From an uncultured Alphaproteobacteria bacterium (GTDB lineage: Bacteria > Pseudomonadota > Alphaproteobacteria > Rhizobiales > Rhizobiaceae), in the NCBI GenBank assembly GCA_963777425.1, contig CAVZQS010000011.1, positions 702,874 through 766,873 of the forward strand: a stretch of DNA of 64,000 nucleotides, read 5' to 3'. Positions 20,744 through 29,454 of this stretch are shown one piece after another (positions within the stretch are counted from its first letter, which is position 1; each line of letters starts with the position of its first letter). The translations under genes and the position numbers were made by a program. The notes beneath the pieces were generated by a model. The model did no database searches. It saw nothing but the letters and a program-made list of their open reading frames with translations, and was not told the origin of the DNA.

Positions 20744-21775
20744 TCAACGGCTCCTGATTGCACCGCGGAACAGGCGGAAATTCAGCCAGATGGCGATCAG
20801 GATAATCGTGCCGGTGACAATTGGCGTGAGGAATGGCGACATGTGCGCAAGGATCAGACCGTTGGCGATGACCGCCACCGTCATGGCGCCGAGTACTGTA
20901 CCGACGAGGGTACCGCGGCCGCCAAACAGGCTGGTGCCGCCGAGTACGACAGCCGCGATGACTTCGAGCTCGAAGCCCTGTCCGGCATTGGATGAACCGG
21001 AGCCGAGCCGGGCAGCAAGGATGATGCCGGCCGCGGCGGCGGCCGTGCTGGAAAGGACATAGACCATCAGTGTCGTCAGGCGCGTATCGACGCCGGCGCG
21101 GCGCACGGCTTCGGCATTGGCGCCGATGCCAGTGACGTATCGGCCGAAGCGTGTCTCGTTGAAGGCAAGATAGGCAACTACAAGTACGACCAGCGCGATC
21201 AGCGCAGGCACCGGAACGCCGAGAAACCAGGCACGGCCGATGACTGTGAACGGGCTGGTCGCCTCAACCGGGATCGAATAGCCGCCGGTAATCAGGAGGG
21301 CGATGCCCCGGATAACCGAGAGACCTGCAAGCGAAACGATAAAGGCCGGGATACGCTCATAGGCAATGAAGAAACCTTGGATTGCGCCCACGGCCGATCC
21401 GAGCAGCAACATGGCGATGATCACCAGTGGCCAGGGCAGGCCTGCCTGCAATGTGGCTGCAGACAGTGTGGCAACCAGCGCAAGCACCGAACCGACCGAA
21501 AGATCGATGCCGCCAGTGGTAATGACGAAGGTCATGGCAGCGGCAACAATCAGCAACGGTGCCGATTGGCGGACGATGTTGAGAAGGTTTGGCGCCGTGA
21601 GAAATGCGTCGGTTACGACCGAGAAAAGCAGGCACACCACGAGGAAGAAAATGGCGATTGAGACAACGCTGCCATTGGCCATGAATCGGTCACGCAGGGT
21701 GCTTTCACGCACCCGGGACTGGGCCGCCACGGGGTGAAGCGCAGCGTTGTCGCCGGAGGTCGATGGATTGCTCAT
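20744..21775 (-). CDS. Sugar (RbsC-like) ABC permease
   Basis: GGIDLSVGS, IPAFIVSL, ELEVIAAVVLGGTSLFGG. Confidence 0.93.
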   Translation of the reverse strand: MSNPSTSGDNAALHPVAAQSRVRESTLRDRFMANGSVVSIAIFFLVVCLLFSVVTDAFLTAPNLLNIVRQSAPLLIVAAAMTFVITTGGIDLSVGSVLALVATLSAATLQAGLPWPLVIIAMLLLGSAVGAIQGFFIAYERIPAFIVSLAGLSVIRGIALLITGGYSIPVEATSPFTVIGRAWFLGVPVPALIALVVLVVAYLAFNETRFGRYVTGIGANAEAVRRAGVDTRLTTLMVYVLSSTAAAAAGIILAARLGSGSSNAGQGFELEVIAAVVLGGTSLFGGRGTLVGTVLGAMTVAVIANGLILAHMSPFLTPIVTGTIILIAIWLNFRLFRGAIRSR

Positions 21776-22575
21776 GGCCGTGCTCCATTGTCTTCGCCGC
21801 GACGGGCCGAACGCGCCTGGAACTTGCGTCCGACAATGAGATTGACCACGTCCTCGATGCTGGTGTCCTCGATGCGCCGTTCGGCGACATTGCGACCTTC
21901 ATACATGACCTGGATGCGGTCGCAGACGAGGAACAGATCCTGCAGGCGGTGGGTGATGAGAATGACGCTGACACCGCGCGCACTGACGGCACGGATGAGA
22001 TCAAGGACGGCTTCGACCTCGGCGACCGCAAGGGCTGCTGTCGGCTCGTCCATGATGAGGACCGACGGCTCGAAGGATGCAGCGCGGCCGATGGCGATGG
22101 ACTGGCGCTGGCCGCCGGAAAGGTTCTCGACCTTCAAGCGTGTATCGGCGATCACGATGCCGAGACGGTCGAGCATGACGCGCGCTTCGTCATGCATGCG
22201 CTTCTTGTCAAGAAACGGCACGCCCAGCACGCGCCGTCGCGGCTCGCGCCCGAGGAATATGTTGCCCGCTACATCGACCGTGTCGCACAGGGAAAGGTCC
22301 TGATAGACCATCTCGACATGCTCCGACCGGGCATCGGCGGGCGAGGAAAAGGAAACAACCTTGCCGTCGATCTCGATCGTGCCTGAATCGGGGATGACAG
22401 CACCCGAGAGCACCTTGCTCAGGGTCGACTTGCCGGCGCCGTTGTCGCCGACAAGGCCGAGCACTTCGCCGGGTTTCAGGTTGAGCGAGACGTTATCGAG
22501 CGTCTGGATCGTGTTGTACCGCTTGGATATGCCGGTCATGCGGACCCGGTATGTTTCGCTGTCAATATTGTTCAT
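21772..22575 (-). CDS. Sugar ABC ATPase (single domain)
   Basis: GDNGAGKST, LSGGQRQ, MDEPTAAL. Confidence 0.95.
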   Translation of the reverse strand: MNNIDSETYRVRMTGISKRYNTIQTLDNVSLNLKPGEVLGLVGDNGAGKSTLSKVLSGAVIPDSGTIEIDGKVVSFSSPADARSEHVEMVYQDLSLCDTVDVAGNIFLGREPRRRVLGVPFLDKKRMHDEARVMLDRLGIVIADTRLKVENLSGGQRQSIAIGRAASFEPSVLIMDEPTAALAVAEVEAVLDLIRAVSARGVSVILITHRLQDLFLVCDRIQVMYEGRNVAERRIEDTSIEDVVNLIVGRKFQARSARRGEDNGARP

Positions 22576-22613
22576 CGCAATTCCGTTGGGTTCAAAAAGC
22601 TCTCACCCGGAGG

Positions 22614-22638
22614 GGGCGCGGCATGTGCGGCCGCGCCC
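22614..22638 (-). other. Intercistronic stem-loop after the sugar SBP gene
   Basis: gggcgcggc-N7-gccgcgccc. Confidence 0.6.
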
Positions 22639-22653
22639 GTCGCGGACTCTGCT

Positions 22654-23592
22654 CTATTTGAACATGCCGCGGAACTGATCGACATTTTCCTTGGTCACAA
22701 TCGTAACCGGTACGTTGATGATCGGCTCGATCTTTTCGCCCTTCTTCAGCTTGGTGAGCGCTTCGACGGCAGCCTTGCCTTCGCCAGCTGGATCCTGCTG
22801 CACGACGGCCGCGACCCAGCCGGCATCAATGCCCTCGACAGCCTGCTTGGTGAGATCCCAGCCGAAGACCTTGACGTCACCAGTGCGGCCCTGGCTCGTC
22901 ACCGCCGAGACCGCGCCGATCAAGGCAGGTTCACCGGTGGCGTAAAGCGTCGTCATGTCCGGATTGGCGGTCATCAGGTTCTCAGCGGCTGTGAGTGCCA
23001 CGTCCTGAACGTTCTGGCCGTCAACCGTATCGAGGAAGGTGATTTTCTGGCCGCTGTCCGCGACGGCTTTCTTGAATCCGTCGAGGCGCTGGTTCTGAAT
23101 GAAGGAATTGAGGGCGCCAATCACGCCGATCTTGGCAGTGCCATCCATGTTGGTCTTGACGTAGTCGGCATACGCCTTGCCGATGTCCTCGCCGGCCTTG
23201 GTGTTGTCGACGCCGACGAAAGCGACGTTGTCGCCGTCAGGAATCTGCGCATCGATGGCGATGACCGGGATGCCGGCAGCCTTCGCCGCTGTGATAGCCG
23301 GTTTGACACCGTTGACATCGATGGCGACGAGAATGATGCCGTCGACCTTCTGGGTGATATAATTTTCCATCGCGTCGTTCTGGGCGCTCGGTACATTGTT
23401 GGCGTTGAAGATAACGAGCTTGGCACCGGCAGCATCAGCGGCCTTCTGTGCGCCTTCGTTGATCTGGTTGAAGAAGAGTGCCTGCTGATTGATCGTAACA
23501 AGCGCGAATGTATCGGCAAGCGCAGACGAGCCGACAGCCAGCATAATGGCAATTGCTGCAGCGCAGCCGGAGAGTAGCTTGGTAAGACGCAT
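22654..23592 (-). CDS. RbsB-like periplasmic sugar-binding protein
   Basis: Signal peptide; AGIPVIAID, FVGVDN, RLDGF, VQQDP. Confidence 0.92.
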   Translation of the reverse strand: MRLTKLLSGCAAAIAIMLAVGSSALADTFALVTINQQALFFNQINEGAQKAADAAGAKLVIFNANNVPSAQNDAMENYITQKVDGIILVAIDVNGVKPAITAAKAAGIPVIAIDAQIPDGDNVAFVGVDNTKAGEDIGKAYADYVKTNMDGTAKIGVIGALNSFIQNQRLDGFKKAVADSGQKITFLDTVDGQNVQDVALTAAENLMTANPDMTTLYATGEPALIGAVSAVTSQGRTGDVKVFGWDLTKQAVEGIDAGWVAAVVQQDPAGEGKAAVEALTKLKKGEKIEPIINVPVTIVTKENVDQFRGMFK

Positions 23593-23658
23593 TCCGATTC
23601 CCCTTTTTCTGATTAAATCGGCCCATGTCTGGGCGCATAAACTGAACGCAAAGGCATA

Positions 23659-23694
23659 ATTCAAGAGACTTGAATGTATGTCAAGTGATTTGAA
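23659..23694. promoter_or_regulatory. Tandem palindromic operators upstream of the sugar ABC operon (candidate XRE-cupin sites)
   Basis: ATTCAAG-AGA-CTTGAAT (23659-23675) and TCAAG-TGA-TTTGAA (23681-23694). Confidence 0.55.
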
Positions 23695-23752
23695 ACACCG
23701 AAAATTCAGTTATCGAAAAATGCGAGATAAATCAGTCCAAGGCCGCTCCAGC

Positions 23753-24373
23753 CTAGAATGTTGGCGGTGTGTTTACCCAGAAAATGCTTGCCCGCTCGTT
23801 GCCGATGTTGCGATAGTGATGCGGCAGGTCCGAATTGAAAACGAAGGAATCTCCTGCCGCTAGCTGAAACTGTCGTTCGCCGACGATCAGCTCGATTTCC
23901 CCAGCAAGGACATAGCCAACCTCCTCGCCGGCGTGTTGTATGGGGCCGGCGCTCGCCCCGTCCTTTTCGATGTGGTGGATATTGCACTGAAGCAGATGCC
24001 CCTGCGAATAGGGGATAATGCGTTCGAGCGAAATGCCTTCGCCGCGCCGTAGCGGATCGAGCGCAATCAGGGGCCGGGTTCCGGCACGAAAGACGATGCC
24101 TTCGTCGCCATCGGATTCTTCAAACATCCAGCCAATATTGGTTTCAAGCACCTGTACAAGGCGGTGAAGCATGGGCAGGGATGGCGAAGCCTTGCCGTTC
24201 TCGATCTTGGAAAGAAGGCTTTCTGAGCAGTTGGCAGCTTCGGACAGTGCCTTCAGCGTCAAGCCGCGGGTCTGGCGCGCCAGTTTCAGTCTGGTACCAA
24301 GCCTGGCCGGATTTGCATCGGCAATCTCCCGCGAATTATCGCGAGCCTGTTTGTCCAGTTCGATCTTGTTCAT
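23753..24373 (-). CDS. XRE-family HTH + cupin transcriptional regulator
   Basis: LSKIENGKASPS HTH; HAGEEVGYVLAG...GDSFVF...PHHYRN cupin. Confidence 0.92.
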   Translation of the reverse strand: MNKIELDKQARDNSREIADANPARLGTRLKLARQTRGLTLKALSEAANCSESLLSKIENGKASPSLPMLHRLVQVLETNIGWMFEESDGDEGIVFRAGTRPLIALDPLRRGEGISLERIIPYSQGHLLQCNIHHIEKDGASAGPIQHAGEEVGYVLAGEIELIVGERQFQLAAGDSFVFNSDLPHHYRNIGNERASIFWVNTPPTF

Positions 24374-24396
24374 GTGCCTTGCCGTGACCTGCAGTT

Positions 24397-25375
24397 TCAA
24401 CCGGTCGTCGGCATACATTCGCGCTCAAGCAATGACAATGCAAGTTCTTCCGCGTTGAGGCTCCGGAAGAAGGGGATCAGGACAAGACGCTTCTCTTGCA
24501 TCAAGCGTTGCTGCTTCGCCTTTTTCTGCGTTCCTGTGATGACGTGACCAATGACAGCGGCGAATACAATCGAGCCGCCAATGAGCGTGCTCCGCCCCGG
24601 CACCTCACCGAAAACAAGCCAGACCCACAGCGGTGCCAGTGGAGCATCCAGCGAACCGATGAGCGCGGTCTCGATCGCAGGCAGGTGCTTGGCGCCGATG
24701 GTAAACAGGGCAAGGCCGACTGCAGAGACCAGAATGCCGAACATGGCGATGAGGAGGAGGTCATACGCGGAGACGGCGAGGGGGCTGCCAAGGGGCCAGC
24801 AGATCAGTGAGCTGACAAGGGCCGATAGACAGGCGGCGGGCAAGACGGAAATGTCGGGTGAGCGCCGGACAATGATCATCAGCACCGCCATGCACAAAGT
24901 CATGCCAAAAGCCAGGAGATCGCCGAAGAATGTGCCTTCAGCGCCCACGCCAACCATGATGACAACGCCGGTCAATGCGGCCACGCTGGCAAGGATTGCA
25001 CTAACCGTCGATCGTTCGCCCATTACAAGCCAGCCGAGGACAGCTGCGACGAAGGGAATGGTGGCGTAAATCACCGCCACATGCGCAACGGTCGTCTCCT
25101 TGAGCGAATTGATCAGGAACACCATGCCAAGCGCGGACACTGCGACGAAAAGCCAGCCAGCGCGGCCAATATTCCAGAAGCTTTGTCCAGATCGGGCCTT
25201 TTTCCGTGAGCACGATCACAGCGGCAATTCCGAGTGAACCGAATATGCCGCGCCAGGCGAGGATCGTCCAGCTGTCGAGCGGAATGGCCTGCGTGAACAG
25301 CCCTGCCAAGCTCCAGGCCACTGTGGACGCTGTCACCAGGATCAATCCAAGTCGATATCCTGCCGCCGGGTTCAT
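24397..25375 (-). CDS. EamA/DMT-family transporter; +1 frameshift near 25183
   Basis: About 10 TM segments, LGWLVMGER, WVWLVFGEVP; joins ORFs 25001..25438 and 24397..25140. Confidence 0.85.
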
Positions 25376-25466
25376 GGATTGTCCTGTGACTTGTGTTCCG
25401 CGGTAGAGATCTAGCTCCCTGTCCACCAGACTTGGCAAGGCATCAGCGCGTAAAATTGACAGCCTG

Positions 25467-25484
25467 CTGACAATGCTGTGTCAG
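25467..25484. promoter_or_regulatory. Candidate operator next to a TTGACA -35 element
   Basis: CTGACA-N6-TGTCAG perfect inverted repeat; TTGACA at 25456-25461. Confidence 0.45.
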
Positions 25485-25597
25485 GGGACAAGCCGCGAGA
25501 GTTTGTGACGTGCGGTCTTGATTGGCCAGGTGCCCTGCCGCATAAATGCGGCCCGCGAAAGCTTTGTCTCCCATTCCACATGTCAGGAACCCGAACA

Positions 25598-26752
25598 ATG
25601 TCAAATGCCCTTGTCCCAAACGCAGGTGTTCTCGTAGGGAGAGCGCGTGTTCCCGGTCATGATCATCCTAGGATCGTTACGGTCCGGGGTGATAAGGTAT
25701 TCGACGTCACCAGCAAAGCTGCGTCAACGGTGCGGGATATTGCCGAGCTTGCAAATCCGGCAGCCTATGTGGCCGGCGCAACAGGGGCACCGCTTGGCGA
25801 TGTCGATGCAATCGTTCAGAACAGCTGGAGCGGGAAATTCGACCCTGCCATTCCAGCATTGCTTTCGCCGATCGATCTACAGGCGGTTAAGGCCTCGGGC
25901 GTAACCTTTGTCGCGTCTTTGCTGGAACGCGTCATCGAGGAACAGGCAAAAGGCGACAAGGCCAAGGCCGATTCTCTGCGTGAGGATGTTCTCAAACTCA
26001 TCGGTGCGGACTTGTCCAAGATCGTGCCCGGATCGCCCGCCGCGATGCAGGTCAAGGAAGCGCTGATTGCTCGCGGTGTCTGGAGCCAATATCTGGAAGT
26101 CGGCATCGGACCGGACGCGGAAATCTTCACCAAAGGCCAGCCGATGTCGACGGTGGGTTTTGGCGCAGATGTCGGATTGCACCCGATTTCGATTTGGAAC
26201 AATCCAGAGCCGGAGATCGTGCTCGTCGTTTCGAGTGCTGGACGGATCATCGGCGCAACGCTCGGAAACGACGTCAATCTGCGGGACGTCGAAGGTCGTT
26301 CGGCCCTGCTGCTCGGCAAGGCGAAGGACAACAATGCCTCCGGATCGGTCGGTCCGTTCATTCGGCTCTTCGATGGCGATTTCACTATTGAAACGATCAA
26401 GACCGCGGAGCTGAGCATGCGTGTCGAGGGTGAGGATGGCTTCGTGCTTGATGGACACTCCAACATGGCGAAGATTTCGCGAACACCGGAATCGCTGGTC
26501 GAGGCAACCATCGGCCGCCACCATCAGTACCCGGACGGACTTGTCCTCTTTCTCGGAACGATGTTCGCGCCGGTCAAGGATCGCGATGGTCCGGGCAAGG
26601 GCTTTACCCACAAGATCGGTGATGTCGTTTCAATCTCGACGCCCTCACTGGGAACGCTGTCGAACCGTGTCCGGCTTTCGACGGAATGCGCCCCGTGGAC
26701 CTATGGCGCCAGCCATCTGATGCGTGATCTCGGCAGGGCCGATCTGTTGTAA
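25598..26752 (+). CDS. Fumarylacetoacetate-hydrolase-family protein (XylX/KdaD-like 2-keto-3-deoxy sugar acid dehydratase)
   Basis: DLQAVKASGVTF, WSQYLEVGIGPDAEIFTK, WNNPEPE, GNDVNLRDVEGRSALLL. Confidence 0.88.
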   Translation: MSNALVPNAGVLVGRARVPGHDHPRIVTVRGDKVFDVTSKAASTVRDIAELANPAAYVAGATGAPLGDVDAIVQNSWSGKFDPAIPALLSPIDLQAVKASGVTFVASLLERVIEEQAKGDKAKADSLREDVLKLIGADLSKIVPGSPAAMQVKEALIARGVWSQYLEVGIGPDAEIFTKGQPMSTVGFGADVGLHPISIWNNPEPEIVLVVSSAGRIIGATLGNDVNLRDVEGRSALLLGKAKDNNASGSVGPFIRLFDGDFTIETIKTAELSMRVEGEDGFVLDGHSNMAKISRTPESLVEATIGRHHQYPDGLVLFLGTMFAPVKDRDGPGKGFTHKIGDVVSISTPSLGTLSNRVRLSTECAPWTYGASHLMRDLGRADLL

Positions 26753-26760
26753 GTTCGCGC

Positions 26761-27699
26761 TTACGCCCAGAAATACCGGACCATGTGAAAGAAGATCGGA
26801 GCGGCAAAGACCAGGCTGTCCGCCCGGTCCAGCATGCCGCCATGACCCTCGATCATGTGTCCCCAATCCTTGACGCCACGATCGCGCTTGATCGCGGAGG
26901 CAACCAAGCCGCCGAAGAAGCCCATCACGCAAGACAGTGCTGCCATGAGTCCGGCCTGCAGCGGCGTGAAGGGGGTGAGCCAGAAAAGCGCAGCGCCAAG
27001 CAATGAGGCGCTTATGATGCCACCGATCAGACCCTCCCAGGTCTTGGAGGGTGATATTTTCGGCGCCACCTTGTGTTTACCGAACAGCTTTCCGAACACA
27101 TATTGCAGTACGTCGCTGCCTTGGACCGTGGCAATGAGGAAGGCAATGAGCAACAAACCCTTGCCCACAAAGCCCGGTATAGCCAGTGTCAGCAATGCCG
27201 GTACATGGCTGATGCAATAGACCGACAGCATGATGCCCCATTGCTGTTCACTGACGCGTTCAAGGAAGCGGGCCGTATCGCCAGAAATTGCCGTCAGGGC
27301 AGGCATGGCAAGGAAGCAATAAACCGGGACGAAGATCGCAAAGAGCCCATACCAGTCGATCCAGAGCAGGTAGTATTGCACCGGAATGATCACCAGAAAC
27401 ATGCCGAGCAGGATCCAGTGATCACCGCGCCTTGTGTGGGTTAGCGTCACATATTCGCGCAGCGCCGCAAACGAAACGAAGGCAAACAGCAGGATGACGC
27501 CACCCTTGCCAAACAGGAAGGCAATGGAAATGGCGGCGATCATGATCCACCACGCCTTGATGCGTGAATTGAGATTGACCAGCGTCGAGGGGAGGGCATC
27601 GCCCTTGCGGGTGCTCTTCCAGCCAAGCACGGTCGCAATAGCGCTGGCGAGGGTCAGAACAGTGAGCAGGCCAAGGAACAGCCAGATCGTTTCAGCCAC
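26761..27699 (-). CDS. Phosphatidate cytidylyltransferase (YnbB-like)
   Basis: SPSKTWEG, SAIKRDRGVKDWG...GHGGMLDRADS. Confidence 0.92.
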   Translation of the reverse strand: MAETIWLFLGLLTVLTLASAIATVLGWKSTRKGDALPSTLVNLNSRIKAWWIMIAAISIAFLFGKGGVILLFAFVSFAALREYVTLTHTRRGDHWILLGMFLVIIPVQYYLLWIDWYGLFAIFVPVYCFLAMPALTAISGDTARFLERVSEQQWGIMLSVYCISHVPALLTLAIPGFVGKGLLLIAFLIATVQGSDVLQYVFGKLFGKHKVAPKISPSKTWEGLIGGIISASLLGAALFWLTPFTPLQAGLMAALSCVMGFFGGLVASAIKRDRGVKDWGHMIEGHGGMLDRADSLVFAAPIFFHMVRYFWA

Positions 27700-28348
27700 G
27701 GTCGAGCGCCCTTTGATGTTCGGGGTTAAGGTCGAGCAGTGCTTGCCGGGATCGGTGCAGGAAAGCGTGGCGATCTTCGCCGGATTCAAGGACGACTGGT
27801 TTGCCAAAGACGACGCGGCACAGCAGCGGCACGGGCAGGAACGCACCCTTCGGCAGAACGCGCGACATATTCTCGATCCAGCAGGGCACGAGTTCCACAT
27901 CGGGACGGGCAAAGGCAAGATTGTAAATGCCGGAACGGAACCGCAGGAGCGGTTCCTCTGTCATGTTGCGTGTGCCTTCGGGGAAGATGATCAGGGAATG
28001 CCCATCGTTCAGGGCATCGAGCATGATGATCATCGGATCTTCCGTTCGCTCAACCCAGTTGCGCTCAACGAGGACGGTGTTGAGCACGTCGCGGGCGAGG
28101 ACATGCCGGATCTTGTTCTTGCGCCAGTAGTCCGCCCCCGCGACGGCTCTCGTCCGTTCCCGCGCGTCAGGCGGAAGACACGCGGAAAGCAGGATGAAAT
28201 CGCCATGGCTGGCGTGATTGGCGAAATAGATGCGCTGCCGGTCAGACGGTGCGCAGCCTTGCCAGATCGGTCGCACCCCTGTGATCGCTCGCGCTATTCC
28301 GGCCAGCGCCATGGCGGCCGCGCGACGCAGCAATAGCTTTGCGTTCAT
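27692..28348 (-). CDS. Lysophospholipid acyltransferase (PlsC family)
   Basis: NHASHGD (HX4D), FPEGTR. Confidence 0.92.
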   Translation of the reverse strand: MNAKLLLRRAAAMALAGIARAITGVRPIWQGCAPSDRQRIYFANHASHGDFILLSACLPPDARERTRAVAGADYWRKNKIRHVLARDVLNTVLVERNWVERTEDPMIIMLDALNDGHSLIIFPEGTRNMTEEPLLRFRSGIYNLAFARPDVELVPCWIENMSRVLPKGAFLPVPLLCRVVFGKPVVLESGEDRHAFLHRSRQALLDLNPEHQRALDRG

Positions 28349-28367
28349 TTCGTCCCCCCGACCGGCA

Positions 28368-28790
28368 CTAAACAATCCACAATCCATAAGCTGTCAAAGC
28401 GGCGAATAGAGCAAGAGAAGCCGCAAACGCAAGGTGCAGTTTCATCAGCAAGGCGTTCGTCGCGGCAATTCGCACACGGAGCGGCCGGGTTACTTTCGGG
28501 CATTTGCGAATGTGCATGCGCTCAAGCAAATCATCCGCTGCCTTGCAGCCATCCGTTTCGTCCTCGTGCGACGCGATGAAATTGAACAGAGCAGCATCGA
28601 ACCGCAGGTAAATGGCAAGAAAGAGCGTGATCAGCCCACCGACGATCATGAGCGGCCAGAGCCAGCTGAACAGGGGCCCACCGGCGTCACCGACGATGGA
28701 TGATGCAACCAAGAGGAGGCAGGTCAGGAAGCCGTAGGTATGAGCGCGGTGCTTCAGGCGCGCAGCGAATGTTGCAGCATCCTCATCCAT
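28368..28790 (-). CDS. Small membrane protein of ynb-type lipid operons, unknown function
   Basis: Three hydrophobic segments, LRFDAALF motif; start overlaps the upstream stop. Confidence 0.65.
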   Translation of the reverse strand: MDEDAATFAARLKHRAHTYGFLTCLLLVASSIVGDAGGPLFSWLWPLMIVGGLITLFLAIYLRFDAALFNFIASHEDETDGCKAADDLLERMHIRKCPKVTRPLRVRIAATNALLMKLHLAFAASLALFAALTAYGLWIV

Positions 28791-29412
28791 TGCGGTTTCT
28801 TTCCTCTCCCGCTGCACGCCGGAGACCAGCGCGAATACGATTGACCATGGTGTAGAGCGACAGCAGTGCCATCAGCGGAAAAGCCCAACCGAACCAAGCG
28901 GGCAGTACGACACCGCTACCTATCAATGCGGCAATGATGCCAAGTGCGAGCGCCCGGTCGCTCTTGCCAAAAGGACCATCATAACCACGGCCGCCGCCGA
29001 CCATGACGCCCAGCAGTCCCGCATATTCCGCGAGTATCGCGGCAATTGCAAAAGCGACGACGCCCGCTCCAGAAAATGGTGCGACGAGAAGGAAGGGCAG
29101 AATGAGCGCCACATCGGAGATAACGTCGCCGATTTCGTTGAGGTAGGCTCCGAGCTTCGATGCGTGCCCAAATTCCCGCGCCATCATTCCGTCAATGGCA
29201 TTGAGCGCCATGCGTACGAACAGCGTCACCGGCAATATCCAGAAAAGCAAAGTCGCCGCCGGAAACAGGGCGATCAGGCCGCCCGCAAGGACTGAGAGCA
29301 CCGTTGCAACGATGGTCACCTGATTGGCTGTCGCACCCATCGCGACCAAGCGGCCAACGAGCGGGCGCAGGAGATTCTGGAATGCAGGCTTGATGGAATA
29401 GAGCGTTGGCAT
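28783..29412 (-). CDS. CDP-alcohol phosphatidyltransferase (YnbA-like)
   Basis: TLYSIKPAFQNLLRP, ANQVT, NAIDGMMAR...GAYLNEIGDVISD. Confidence 0.9.
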   Translation of the reverse strand: MPTLYSIKPAFQNLLRPLVGRLVAMGATANQVTIVATVLSVLAGGLIALFPAATLLFWILPVTLFVRMALNAIDGMMAREFGHASKLGAYLNEIGDVISDVALILPFLLVAPFSGAGVVAFAIAAILAEYAGLLGVMVGGGRGYDGPFGKSDRALALGIIAALIGSGVVLPAWFGWAFPLMALLSLYTMVNRIRAGLRRAAGEERNRNG

Positions 29413-29454
29413 GGATCGTCCCCTCCCGATTTTGCCGCATGTCTTCACATAAGC

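Noticed and set aside
25455-25473. TGTCA repeats at 11-bp spacing resembling a Pho box
   Set aside because: GC-rich spacer and weak match; better explained as a -35 element plus palindromic operator
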